From: Planctomycetota bacterium
GTDB lineage: Bacteria; Planctomycetota; UBA8108; SXIK01
Assembly: GCA_965223265.1 (NCBI GenBank)
Contig: OZ244999.1
Location: 5,856,001 to 5,920,000 of the forward strand
DNA length: 64,000 bases
Direction of reading: 5' to 3'
Shown in pieces: positions 27,971-37,281 of the stretch (position 1 is the first letter of the stretch; the number at the start of each line of letters is the position of its first letter). Both the position numbers and the translations under genes were made by a program. Below the pieces are notes generated by a model that saw only the letters and a list, made by a program, of their open reading frames with translations, did not search any database and was not told where the DNA came from.

Positions 27971-29460
27971 TAGGGAAACAGTCTTATGGGACGTGGGCAG
28001 CCTTGTGGAGGTGGACGGCAGAGTACCGCCACCCGGCCACGAGGGGGTACTCCGGGCACTGGCGGGCGGGGTGCCGGGCAGCCCGTAAAAGCCCTGGGAT
28101 ACTCGTGAACATCCCTTGCATAGTCATTGCGGTACATGTCGTAGCAGGCCTGGCTCATCGCACAGTCCACCAGCGTCCTGACCCTGGCAACGATCTGCTG
28201 CCTCGCACGTTCGGCTGCAACACGACCGGCCACAATGGGACTGTTCGGCTCTGGTCTTACTGACCTCAGATCGTCAATCAACAGCCTGCGGTGTCGCACC
28301 ATGATGGCATAGGCATCGAGCACGTGTCCTGCTTCATGATCCAGAGTCCACGTGAAAGGACAGCTATTCGCAGGAAAATCGCTCGCGATGTAAATGGTGT
28401 TGTCCACGTTGGGGAAAACCTCTGCGCTCCATAGAGCAACCCTCCAACTTCTACCACTCCGTCTTGGCCTCGTATCTGGAATTGTCGTCATCCGAATGCG
28501 GTGATGCGTCAATCCATAGGCTACGCCTCCTCCGGATCTAGCACCTATTTGACGTGAGCTCTCGGAGTGGTCTATATCGCTCACTGACGAACTGGCTGGA
28601 TGGGCAGTAACGACTGGTTGCCGCTGGATCCGGATCCTGCCCACGTGGCGCGTAACAGGGATTGGCAAGGAAGCAGGACCACCAGGAGCCCGATTTGGGT
28701 CACCCTGACTTTTGACGCCCTTCTGCTGTATCACATGTGCTAGCTCATGCGCCAGTAACCGTCGTCCCTCCCTCGTGCCCGGCGCGTACTGCCCCGCGTT
28801 AAACACAACGTTCTGCCCCACCGTGAAGGCACGGGCCTGAGTCCTTTGTGCCGTCTTCTGTGCGTGGCTGTCGGTATAGATACGTACCTTACTCAAGTCG
28901 TAGCCAAACCGCGGCTCGAAGAAAGCCCGGGCCGATGCTGGCAAAGGCTTCCCCCCACCTCTCAAAGCCTCTATAGGAGCGGTTATCTCCCCTGTTGTCA
29001 GCGGACGTTGTCCCGGTGCCAGTTTGGCCTGCAGCGGCTCCTCTTCTTTTTCTGCTTGCCGCTGTACAGTTGAGGTCCGCCGATCAGGAGCTGCGGCAAA
29101 GGGAGGACCAGGCATGGCCATCACCTGATCGGCAACACGATCCGCTTCCTGCTCGTATTTGTCGCCCGGTTCACCGATGGAGAGCTTGGACTGCGATCCT
29201 GACCCGTGGAGGATCTGGCGCATCTCGCCCCGCTGTGTTTTCATTGACCTCACCTGACAGCGGGGACAGGTGCCATCGCAGGCACATTTCCGTTGGATCG
29301 TCTGAGACTCCAGCAGACGCAAGACGCCCTGGTTGCCGATCGTTCGCTGGGGCTGCAGCACCGCATGTGGCAGTGCAAGCAATCCTACTGTCTTCCTCGG
29401 GCGCGGAGAGCTCTTGTGCAGAGCTGGCTGTATGCTTTTGCTTGCGAATTGAAATCCCAT
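27970..29460 (-). CDS. DUF4157 (eCIS core) domain protein with a second C-terminal HExxH domain
   Basis: IGNQGVLRLL, IQRKCAC, PGDKYEQEADRVADQVM, FEPRFGYDLSKVRIY, ARAFTVGQ, LLAHELAHVIQQ; C-terminal LDHEAGHV. Confidence 0.88.
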   Translation of the reverse strand: MGFQFASKSIQPALHKSSPRPRKTVGLLALPHAVLQPQRTIGNQGVLRLLESQTIQRKCACDGTCPRCQVRSMKTQRGEMRQILHGSGSQSKLSIGEPGDKYEQEADRVADQVMAMPGPPFAAAPDRRTSTVQRQAEKEEEPLQAKLAPGQRPLTTGEITAPIEALRGGGKPLPASARAFFEPRFGYDLSKVRIYTDSHAQKTAQRTQARAFTVGQNVVFNAGQYAPGTREGRRLLAHELAHVIQQKGVKSQGDPNRAPGGPASLPIPVTRHVGRIRIQRQPVVTAHPASSSVSDIDHSESSRQIGARSGGGVAYGLTHHRIRMTTIPDTRPRRSGRSWRVALWSAEVFPNVDNTIYIASDFPANSCPFTWTLDHEAGHVLDAYAIMVRHRRLLIDDLRSVRPEPNSPIVAGRVAAERARQQIVARVRTLVDCAMSQACYDMYRNDYARDVHEYPRAFTGCPAPRPPVPGVPPRGRVAVLCRPPPQGCPRPIRLFP

Positions 29461-29790
29461 GTCGCCGCCCTCCCTCAGGTTGAAGCCACCGTCACGGGGC
29501 TCTTCACATTGTCCCGGAAGTTCGCTTCGCCTTCAAGCAAGAGCTACCTGTACGGAAGACATCTCCTTGTAGCTGTATTGGTGTATACAGACTGCGGTCA
29601 GACGGCCCATGAGAACTCGTCCCAGATTCGTTCTCAAGCGGGTTCTAGCGCGATCGAGAAACCGCCGATTCCCCAATCCGTTGATCCAACCTCTCCGATC
29701 GAAGACAATACCGTCATAGAAGGTATAGTCACGGAGCCCTGTCAGAGCTAGACAAGCAAAAACGGTCGCCGAAAACTGGACGAGGTTAAA

Positions 29791-30660
29791 GTGATCCGTT
29801 GGACTACATGGCAGGAGTTCACGGCGGCGCAGAAAGAGACCGTCCTGGCCGCAAACACTGCAGCTCACATACCGGTCACGATCCGTTTCATCGATGTCGG
29901 CCAAGCGCAGCAGGGCACGGTCCTGCTCATGCACGGGATTCCGACGTGGGGGTACCTCTATCACGCAATCATCCCGCAGCTGGTGCAATCTGGGTATCGA
30001 GTCCTCGCCCCTGATCTTCTCGGTCACGGCTGGTCGGATCGCCGGGATCGTTTCGATCGGTCCTTCCAGGACCAGGCCCGGATGATCTGTGCACTGCTCA
30101 AGGTGCTTGAGCTCGATCGGGTCGACGTGGTTGGGCATGACACGGGAGGCGCGGTTGCACTCATACTCGCGATTGAGCACGCCCAGGCCGTCAGGCGTTT
30201 GGTCATCTCCAACTCGGTCTGCTATGACCGGTTTGACGACGACATGCTCGACTTTGGTCACCCTCTGAGGTGGAAACCCCGTCCGATCATGGACTTGGTT
30301 GACGCTCTGGAGGAGAGTTTGACGGCAGGGATCTCACGACGCGAGCGGCTCACATCCGAGTTTCGGCAAGGGATCATTGCCCCTTGGGCCAGCGAAGAGG
30401 GCAAACTCAGCTTGCTCCGCAACGCGTCTGCGCTCAATGCGAACCAGACCATGGCGCTGATGGACCGGCATGGGGAAATCTCTGCACCAACGATGGTCTT
30501 GTGGGGAATGGAGGATCCCTGGCAGAAGTCGGAAGACGGGAAACAACTCGCCGGAGAGATCCCGGGGGCGGTATTCCGACCGATCGATGGCGCGTCTCAC
30601 TGGGTGCAGCAAGATGCGCCCGATGAGTTCTCGGCTGCGCTGCTGGAGTTCTTGGCGTAG
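29791..30660 (+). CDS. Alpha/beta hydrolase (dehalogenase/epoxide hydrolase-like)
   Basis: HGIPTW, APDLLGHGWS, GHDTGG (Asp nucleophile), ASHWVQQD. Confidence 0.9.
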   Translation: MIRWTTWQEFTAAQKETVLAANTAAHIPVTIRFIDVGQAQQGTVLLMHGIPTWGYLYHAIIPQLVQSGYRVLAPDLLGHGWSDRRDRFDRSFQDQARMICALLKVLELDRVDVVGHDTGGAVALILAIEHAQAVRRLVISNSVCYDRFDDDMLDFGHPLRWKPRPIMDLVDALEESLTAGISRRERLTSEFRQGIIAPWASEEGKLSLLRNASALNANQTMALMDRHGEISAPTMVLWGMEDPWQKSEDGKQLAGEIPGAVFRPIDGASHWVQQDAPDEFSAALLEFLA

Positions 30661-30876
30661 GGTTGTTTGTAGACGCCCCTCCGCGCAAGTACGACCGCAA
30701 AGAACTGGTGGTCTCTCGACTTCTGAGAGCTTGAATTGCCCGACAGGATCAGAAGTCATCTGATTCCACGAATCGCGTCAGTTGATCGGCTCGTGCGCTG
30801 AGTTACAATGCCGCGAGAATGTGCCGTCGTCCTCTCGCTGCATTGTTTTTCTACGGCATGAAATGGAGTGCTTTGC

Positions 30877-31524
30877 ATGGCGACCTTGTTGCGCATTGAA
30901 GTCAGTGCTCGAGTCACGCGCTCGTTGAGCCGTGCTCTGTCAAAAACTTTCTTCGAGACGTGGCAGGCGGAACGCCCGGATGATCAAATCATCCTCCGTG
31001 ATGTAGGCCTCAATCCACCCCCTGCTGTTTCTGAGGATTGGATCGCCGGAGTCTTTGCTGACGAAGCCACGTTGACCGATGTTCAACGGCAGGCCCTTGC
31101 GTCATCCGATGTGTTGATCGACGAACTACTTCAGTCCGACATCATCGTGATTGCAACGCCCATGTACAATTACGGGATGCCGTCATCACTGAAAGCGTGG
31201 TTCGATCAGGTGATTCGAATCAACAAGACGTTCAGCTTTGATCTCGCGCGTGGCGATGAACCGATTGAGCCGATTCAGAGCGGAAAGATCCTGGTTATTC
31301 TCAGTGCGCATGGCGAAGGTGAGTTTTTGCACCGCGGTCGCAATGCCGGTAGGAACCACCTGCATCCGCACATTGTGGAGTGCTGTAAGCTTTTGGGCGT
31401 CGCGAAACACCATGTCGTAGCCATCCAGTACCAAGAATTTCGCGACGAACGCCATACGGAATCAGTGCGAAACGCTCATGCCGCCATTGCGCCTCTGGTG
31501 ACGACCGTCATCAAGGAACTGTAG
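30877..31524 (+). CDS. azoR: FMN-dependent NADH-azoreductase
   Basis: SAR..RSLSR, PMYNYGMPSSLKAWFDQVIRINKTF. Confidence 0.88.
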   Translation: MATLLRIEVSARVTRSLSRALSKTFFETWQAERPDDQIILRDVGLNPPPAVSEDWIAGVFADEATLTDVQRQALASSDVLIDELLQSDIIVIATPMYNYGMPSSLKAWFDQVIRINKTFSFDLARGDEPIEPIQSGKILVILSAHGEGEFLHRGRNAGRNHLHPHIVECCKLLGVAKHHVVAIQYQEFRDERHTESVRNAHAAIAPLVTTVIKEL

Positions 31525-31918
31525 CGCTCCTCGAGACATCGGTCTCGAGGCTGGCGTACTCGGAGCTTGATATTGTCCTACCACCACAACGTGCACCGCT
31601 CGAAAGTCCGGCCTCCCTGCAGAATAGAGAATCACCTGTTTTCTCTTCCGGTTCGCGGAGTCAGCCTCTCCTCCGACCAATCCCACTGACTTCCCTCTTG
31701 GAACGCCTCAGAGACTGAGAAACCCTCAAAAACCGCTCTTCTTTGAAGCAGATCCTCCAGCTCCGAGATCCCAAGATCGAATCCTGATCTCCAACGACCC
31801 CGTGGATCTCCCTCCTTGTCTCGAAGATAATGACGGCATGAAGGAGAGAGTCAGGGTGTTACCGCTAGTTACCGTTGTCTGCCTGCTCGCCCAGCCGGCA
31901 ACTACAGGCCAGGAACGG

Positions 31919-32100
31919 ATCGACTTCCCCCAGAAATCAATCGCTTCACCTGTAACTCCCGGTATCCCGCCGACTCCGAATATTCAGAACCGTATCGACT
32001 TCTTCGAGAAGTCGATACCGTTCTGACGGATCCTTTCTTCGCGGGAGACGCGGAGTTAGCAAAAGAGGGATCAGCTTCTCGGAGAAGTCGATACCTTTTT
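31919..32100. repeat. Three palindromic units ATCGACTTCT-N3-AGAAGTCGAT with ~75-bp period
   Basis: Copies start at 31919, 31994 and 32070; the middle copy extends to a near-perfect 43-bp inverted repeat (31984-32026). Confidence 0.7.
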
Positions 32101-32256
32101 CGTTCGTGGCGGCTTTGATCGACGAATGCACGATCTTCAGATTCGGTGGAGAGATCAACGGGGGAGATTGAGGATTCGGAGCTCGGGTCTCGGCAGCGGA
32201 TCCGACTCACTCTGCGGGTCGAGGCCGAGAATCGACACTACTGCGTTCTGGGTCGG

Positions 32257-32940
32257 CTATTTCTCGCGGAGCCGCATTGCCGACATCTGCGACCCGCTCA
32301 GGGAGTAGTGGTACTCGATACCGGCCTTGTCGATCGACCGCAAGATTTCGAACGGCTCATCCAGTTGTTGGTCGAAGGACACGCGATCTCTGATCAGAAC
32401 GGCGTCTTTGGTCGAAACGCCGAGCAGCTTCGCGTCCTCGCTACTGGGCCGATCGATCTTCAGAGACTCCTCGGCGCGCACCAATACTACTCCGTACTCC
32501 CTTTCATACAGTCGCATCAATCCCGAGATGTCCTTCTCCAGAATCCCCGGGCACCGACGCGGAAGCAGATAAACCTGCTGAATCGCGAATGGCACTCCGT
32601 TGCCTCGACGAAGGCGTCGAATGCTGATCACCTTTGATCTCCGCGGAATCCCAAACGTCTCTCCTACCGAAGGGGGAACTTCCCCGGCGGAAGCCAACTC
32701 GCAACGCAGCACCTCGTTCTCCGGTCGTATCCCCTGCGACGACAGCTGCTCCTGAAATGACAGGATCTCACCCGCGTTCTTCCTGAACAGGGGCGCGCCG
32801 CGCCGGACGAACGTCCCCTTCGCAGGAATTCGTTCGATCAATCGGTCCGCCTCCAAGTCGTCCAATGCCCTCCGGACGGTGCCGCGCGAAGCCGAGTGCT
32901 GTTTCTGGAGGTCCTCCTCTGTGGGCAGTTGGTCGCCCAC
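32257..32940 (-). pseudogene. GntR (HutC/UTRA) regulator, apparently 5'-truncated
   Basis: GDQLPTEEDL..SRGTVRRALDDL..KGTFV plus UTRA domain; an in-frame TAG 12 codons upstream of the GTG removes wHTH helix 1. Confidence 0.75.
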
Positions 32941-33177
32941 CTGGAGTCGCCTGTTGTCTGTGCCGTCGCGACGCTATTCTGTCGTTCGGAGGGTAAGTCG
33001 TGGTTGCGTCTCATGCTGAGCTCCCTCGATGAGATCATGCAACGCATGGCAGCGGGGAACACAAAGCCCCCCATGGGACAAGGGACGAGTTACGGATGAC
33101 GACGCACGCGAGTCCACTGCCACACTAGCGCGTGCATCGTGGCCTTGAAGCGGAAGCGTCCGGTTCGACAGTCTCTA

Positions 33178-33325
33178 TCAGCGACCCGCAGCGTTCCGCC
33201 GATCGCGGCACCGATACTGAATCGCCTCCGCAACGAGGATGGCAGAGACGTGTTCCTCGCCCGCCAGGTCGGCGATGGTGCGGGTGACCTTGAGGGCTCG
33301 GTGTACGCATACGCGCTGGGAGCGC
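33178..33325 (-). pseudogene. comM: 3' fragment of comM/yifB (Mg-chelatase-like AAA+)
   Basis: SAYAY, then a frameshift, then HRALKVTRTIADLAGEEHVSAILVAEAIQYR; matches the ComM C-terminus (SARAYHRILKVARTIADL...AEAIQYR). Confidence 0.8.
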
Positions 33326-33953
33326 GCGGGCGAAGCCGGAGCGCTTGGTTGATGCCGCCGCGCTCTGGAGAAGCCCTCGCTCCAGTGCGCCGTCGCAGGG
33401 TATTCAGTCTGGATGGAAGGGTCTGTTCCCGCAGGGACGAGAGACAAGACGGACACTGGCTTAAGCCAGCAGAGAAGCCCGGAGTTTTTCCGCTCTCCCG
33501 AAAACACAACAGTTGTCTTACCCCGCGAAGATTGCGCGGTTACAAGTTCGGGACAGGTCTGACGTCCGTTCTTCGAGAAGACGCTGCCGCTCTATTCCTA
33601 TCTCTCCCACAGCGTTAGAGATTCGGATATTCTCTCTCCGCTCTCTCGATCACTTCGCTCGTCTATCCCCACGAACGACCTCGAGATAATCGAAGAAATC
33701 CAGGTGACATTCCTCACTAGGTGAGGATGGATCACTTCGAGGGAGACAAGTTTTTCAGATCAACGAGCTTGGAGATTCTGATTTGCAATCTCGTCCTGAC
33801 AGGTTGGGAGGGAAGGTCGATCGGGGCCAGGTGAATCTCGCCGGACTGGAGACGTCGTCCACTTTCGGTATAAACGACGTCTTTGGTAATCCCCGGCGGC
33901 GCTCCATCTGAAACCCATGTTTCACGGAGGCAGTTCGGATCCAGGAGCGCGCC

Positions 33954-34562
33954 CTATGTCAGGAGCCGCCGGATCCGCCGCCTTAGGTAAGGCAGAACCT
34001 CGCTTTCAAACCAAGGGTTGTTCTTGAGCCAAATGTTGTTCCGAGGGCTAGGGTGAGGCAGTGGGATGCGGGCGGGTCTGTACTCCTTCCACGAACGCAC
34101 CGTTTCCGTAAGCGTCTGTTCTCGTCGCCCGAGATGCCAATCAGTGGCGTACTGCCCAATAACGAGCGTTACCTTCACTGAGGGCAAGCGCTCGAGTACA
34201 GACTCTCTCCATGCCTCAGCGCACTCCGGCCGTGGGGCCAGGTCTCCGGATTTCCCAGTGCCGGGGTAGCAGAACCCCATCGGCAGGATCGCGATTTTCC
34301 TGGCGTCATAGAACGTGGCCTTCGATACCCCCATCCACTCACGCAAGCGATCGCCGCTCGGATCAGCGAAGGGCACCCCGGATTCATGCACCCGGCGACC
34401 TGGGGCTTGACCGGCAATCAGTACCGGAGCTTCGGAATGCACCTGGAAGATGGGGCGTACTCCATCCTCCAGGTGCTCTTCGCAGAGGCGGCATGCACGA
34501 ATGTCGCGCAGAAGTTGCGTCAGGCGCTGGTTCGCAGCTCGTGATGGCTTGCTGTGTTTCAC
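33954..34562 (-). CDS. Uracil-DNA glycosylase superfamily protein
   Basis: CRLC, GQAPG, FADPSGDRLREW, MGFCYPG, LPHPSPRN. Confidence 0.92.
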   Translation of the reverse strand: MKHSKPSRAANQRLTQLLRDIRACRLCEEHLEDGVRPIFQVHSEAPVLIAGQAPGRRVHESGVPFADPSGDRLREWMGVSKATFYDARKIAILPMGFCYPGTGKSGDLAPRPECAEAWRESVLERLPSVKVTLVIGQYATDWHLGRREQTLTETVRSWKEYRPARIPLPHPSPRNNIWLKNNPWFESEVLPYLRRRIRRLLT

Positions 34563-34597
34563 TTGCGACGCGTCCCGTGGCTAGCGTCCGCGACGGA

Positions 34598-34948
34598 CTA
34601 CGCCTGGTAGAACTTTTCGGAAACTACCCGCCCGTCATTCCAGCGTCGAACGAGGACCTCTTTCCAGACAATTGGCTCGCCGCCTGCGCCGGTCATGTCG
34701 AAGGTGAACTCGCTCATTGTGAGGTCATCACCCACGCTGTTGCCGTGGAGCGTGGCGCCGTTGAAACTCTTGAGAGACGCGAAGAAGCCACTGAGGTGAT
34801 TGTGCTGAGCCTGCCGACTCTCGCGACGAGAGCCATCGGGTTCCTCGAACACACACTGATCTGCATAAAATTTCTCGAGGGCCGCAAGGTTTTCGCCTTT
34901 GGCAGTCAACTCATCCAACGCAACAACTCTTTGCTCGAGATCACTCAT
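34598..34948 (-). CDS. SnoaL/NTF2-like protein
   Basis: 116 aa, ALEKFYAD..FEEPDG, VRRWNDGRVVSEKFY; GAGGA RBS. Confidence 0.85.
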   Translation of the reverse strand: MSDLEQRVVALDELTAKGENLAALEKFYADQCVFEEPDGSRRESRQAQHNHLSGFFASLKSFNGATLHGNSVGDDLTMSEFTFDMTGAGGEPIVWKEVLVRRWNDGRVVSEKFYQA

Positions 34949-35041
34949 GTGGGGTTCCTCTCGTATAGGTTGGGTGTTACTAAAACATCCGCTGCTTCGT
35001 TCCGGATTGACGGAGCCGGGGATCGCGAGCGCAATTCTCGC

Positions 35042-35416
35042 TCAAGGGACTTCTACGATCTCTGGCTTTAGGCTCTCGGTAAAGCGCAGCACCTCGCCTT
35101 TCTCCCGTTCTGGGACTTCGAAGGTCTCCAGAGCTGCGGTTAGGTGGTCGACCGCGCGCCTCCAGTCTTCTTCGGCGATGCGCATCCCAATATGCGCGGT
35201 CTTCATGTCACGGCCCGTGTAAACCATCGGTCCGCCCGACGATGCGCACAGAAAGTCGACCAACAATTGCTGCTCGCGCGCGATCCCGTCCGCGCCCCGG
35301 TGATCGTAGGAACGGCGCAGTTTGTCGTCATCTTTGATCCGCACCATCAACGCGTCTGTGACGGCAGCAATGGCGTCATACCCGCCCAGGCGTTCGTAAA
35401 GAGACGTGTTCGACAT
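35042..35416 (-). CDS. Group I truncated hemoglobin (cytoplasmic)
   Basis: SLYERLGG, GGPMVYTGRDMKTAH (proximal His); GAGGA RBS. Confidence 0.93.
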   Translation of the reverse strand: MSNTSLYERLGGYDAIAAVTDALMVRIKDDDKLRRSYDHRGADGIAREQQLLVDFLCASSGGPMVYTGRDMKTAHIGMRIAEEDWRRAVDHLTAALETFEVPEREKGEVLRFTESLKPEIVEVP

Positions 35417-35483
35417 GCTGGTATCCTCCCTAAGACGGCTGGTCCGGCCAGATCGAGATGATCGCACCATGGCTCATCCCGAA

Positions 35484-37130
35484 TCACTTGAGTGGGTAAT
35501 CGGTCAACACGTAGTCGTGGCCGACGGAATGGCATCCAAAGCAGCGCGCCACGCCGTTACTGCTAGCACGTGGTGCGCTGGAATCAGTGGTGCTAGTCAC
35601 TTCGTACCAAAACCAGCCCTTGCCACCGTCGCTTTCGTCCTGCGTCTTCAGCATGACGGCCCAGCCTTCGAGCTTGCCGCTAGCATCGAACATCTCCTTC
35701 ACAGCTCCTGCACCCTTGGGGAGCGCTTTCCTGCCAGCCTTGAGCGCGTCGTTCATCCTTGCGTTCATGAAAACCTTCACCGGGCGCCCGAACTTGGAGT
35801 GCGGACCGCTCGAAGGGTGCATTTTCGATTCACTGGCCGGGAAGTTCTTGTACTTCCCATCGACAAGGAATTGGAACAGCGGCTCTTTCCCGGTCGGAAC
35901 GCCTCCGACTGAGCCAACCGGCGTTTCTGAACTGGGTTGTCTCGCCATCTCGCCAGCCATCCTGAGCCGGCGCATGGCTTCTTTACACTCCTTGCATGTA
36001 TTCCTGTCGTGCGACTTAGCTCCTGGTTTGGCTGCTCTCAGGACAGGGTAGTACTGAGTGAATACAAAGTCCTCCGCCGCAGCCTTCTCGTGACACTGGT
36101 TGCAGGCGAGGCGCGACTGCACTTTCGTTGTATTCGCCAGGGGATACTCATGGCCGAAACTAAAGTAGGCCCAATTGCCGGGCTGGTCGGGGAAGTGCTC
36201 CTTGCTCTTGATGGTGACCTCCAGGCCGATGAAGTCCCCCATGAAGTAGCCCGCGCCGCTAACGGCCTGCTTGCTGCCGACGCTGATCAGTTCTTTGATC
36301 AGAGTCGTCCCTTCGCGAAACTCACCTGTCTTCGTATAGTGTGCCCACGAACCACGGTCTATATAGACAGCGTGAAACTCCGGGAACGGTGCTGCCCCGG
36401 CGTTCATATCGTGTGGGGTGAGGGGCGTCCCGACGTAGACCCATTCGCGATAGCCCTCAGGGCGAACAAGCTGCTTGTTCCCGTCGAACTTCGGCCCTTT
36501 CCATTCGGTAGAGGCCGCCTTCGAGCCCTTTGCGGCTCGTAGAACGGGGTAGTACTGTGTGAATACGAAGTCGTCAGACGCCGAGCCCGCATGGCACGCG
36601 TTGCATGCTTGCGACGGGAATCGCTTGGCCGTGTCGGCCAGCGGATACTCATGGCCGAAGCTGAAGTAGGCCCAATTGCCGGGCTCGTCGGGGAAGCGCT
36701 CCTTGCTCTTGACGGCAGCCTCGAGCCCGATGAAATCGCCCATGAAGTAACCTGCTCCGCTAGTGGCCGCCTTACTGCCGACGCTGGTCAGCTCCTTCAC
36801 GAGGACTGTACCCTCGCGAAACTCACCCGTGTTCTTGTAGTGCTCCCAGGACCCCGGGTCGATGTAGACGCTGTGGAACTCCGGGAACGGAGCGTTACCG
36901 TCGTTCATATCGTTGGGAGTGTGCGGCGTGCCCACGTACACCCAGGAACGATAGTCCCTCGGACGGAAGAGTTCCCCTGCCGTGGTAAACTTTCCCGGGA
37001 AACCTACACCCTGGGCGAGAGCCGCCGTGTTTTGTCTGTGATCGACGGTCAGAGCGGCGACGACCAGGGCCACGGCGGCACAGGTCGACAGCACCCACAG
37101 CGATAGACGAATTGTTCTTCGATGGAACAT
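35484..37130 (-). CDS. Three-domain cytochrome P460-family protein
   Basis: Signal peptide; two near-duplicate P460 domains (YRxWVYVGT, FPEFHxVYID, GTxLxKEL, FIGLE, GNWAYF, CNACH/CNQCH); divergent third domain (GAVKEM, GWFWYE, CFGCH); linker CKECK. Confidence 0.92.
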   Translation of the reverse strand: MFHRRTIRLSLWVLSTCAAVALVVAALTVDHRQNTAALAQGVGFPGKFTTAGELFRPRDYRSWVYVGTPHTPNDMNDGNAPFPEFHSVYIDPGSWEHYKNTGEFREGTVLVKELTSVGSKAATSGAGYFMGDFIGLEAAVKSKERFPDEPGNWAYFSFGHEYPLADTAKRFPSQACNACHAGSASDDFVFTQYYPVLRAAKGSKAASTEWKGPKFDGNKQLVRPEGYREWVYVGTPLTPHDMNAGAAPFPEFHAVYIDRGSWAHYTKTGEFREGTTLIKELISVGSKQAVSGAGYFMGDFIGLEVTIKSKEHFPDQPGNWAYFSFGHEYPLANTTKVQSRLACNQCHEKAAAEDFVFTQYYPVLRAAKPGAKSHDRNTCKECKEAMRRLRMAGEMARQPSSETPVGSVGGVPTGKEPLFQFLVDGKYKNFPASESKMHPSSGPHSKFGRPVKVFMNARMNDALKAGRKALPKGAGAVKEMFDASGKLEGWAVMLKTQDESDGGKGWFWYEVTSTTDSSAPRASSNGVARCFGCHSVGHDYVLTDYPLK

Positions 37131-37281
37131 CGCGACGTTCTCCTGGAAGCGGTTCCTTGTCCCGACTGTTGTCCCGGGAGTCGGTAGTTGCGCTGCTCTT
37201 CTTGGGCCCAGAACTGACGAAGCGCTCAGCACCTGCCAACTGCGGATTCAGCCGAGATACGTGCAAAAACTGCCGCGCGAG

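Noticed and set aside
31919-32100. CRISPR array
   Set aside because: Only three degenerate units, no cas genes and no leader; kept as an unexplained palindromic repeat.
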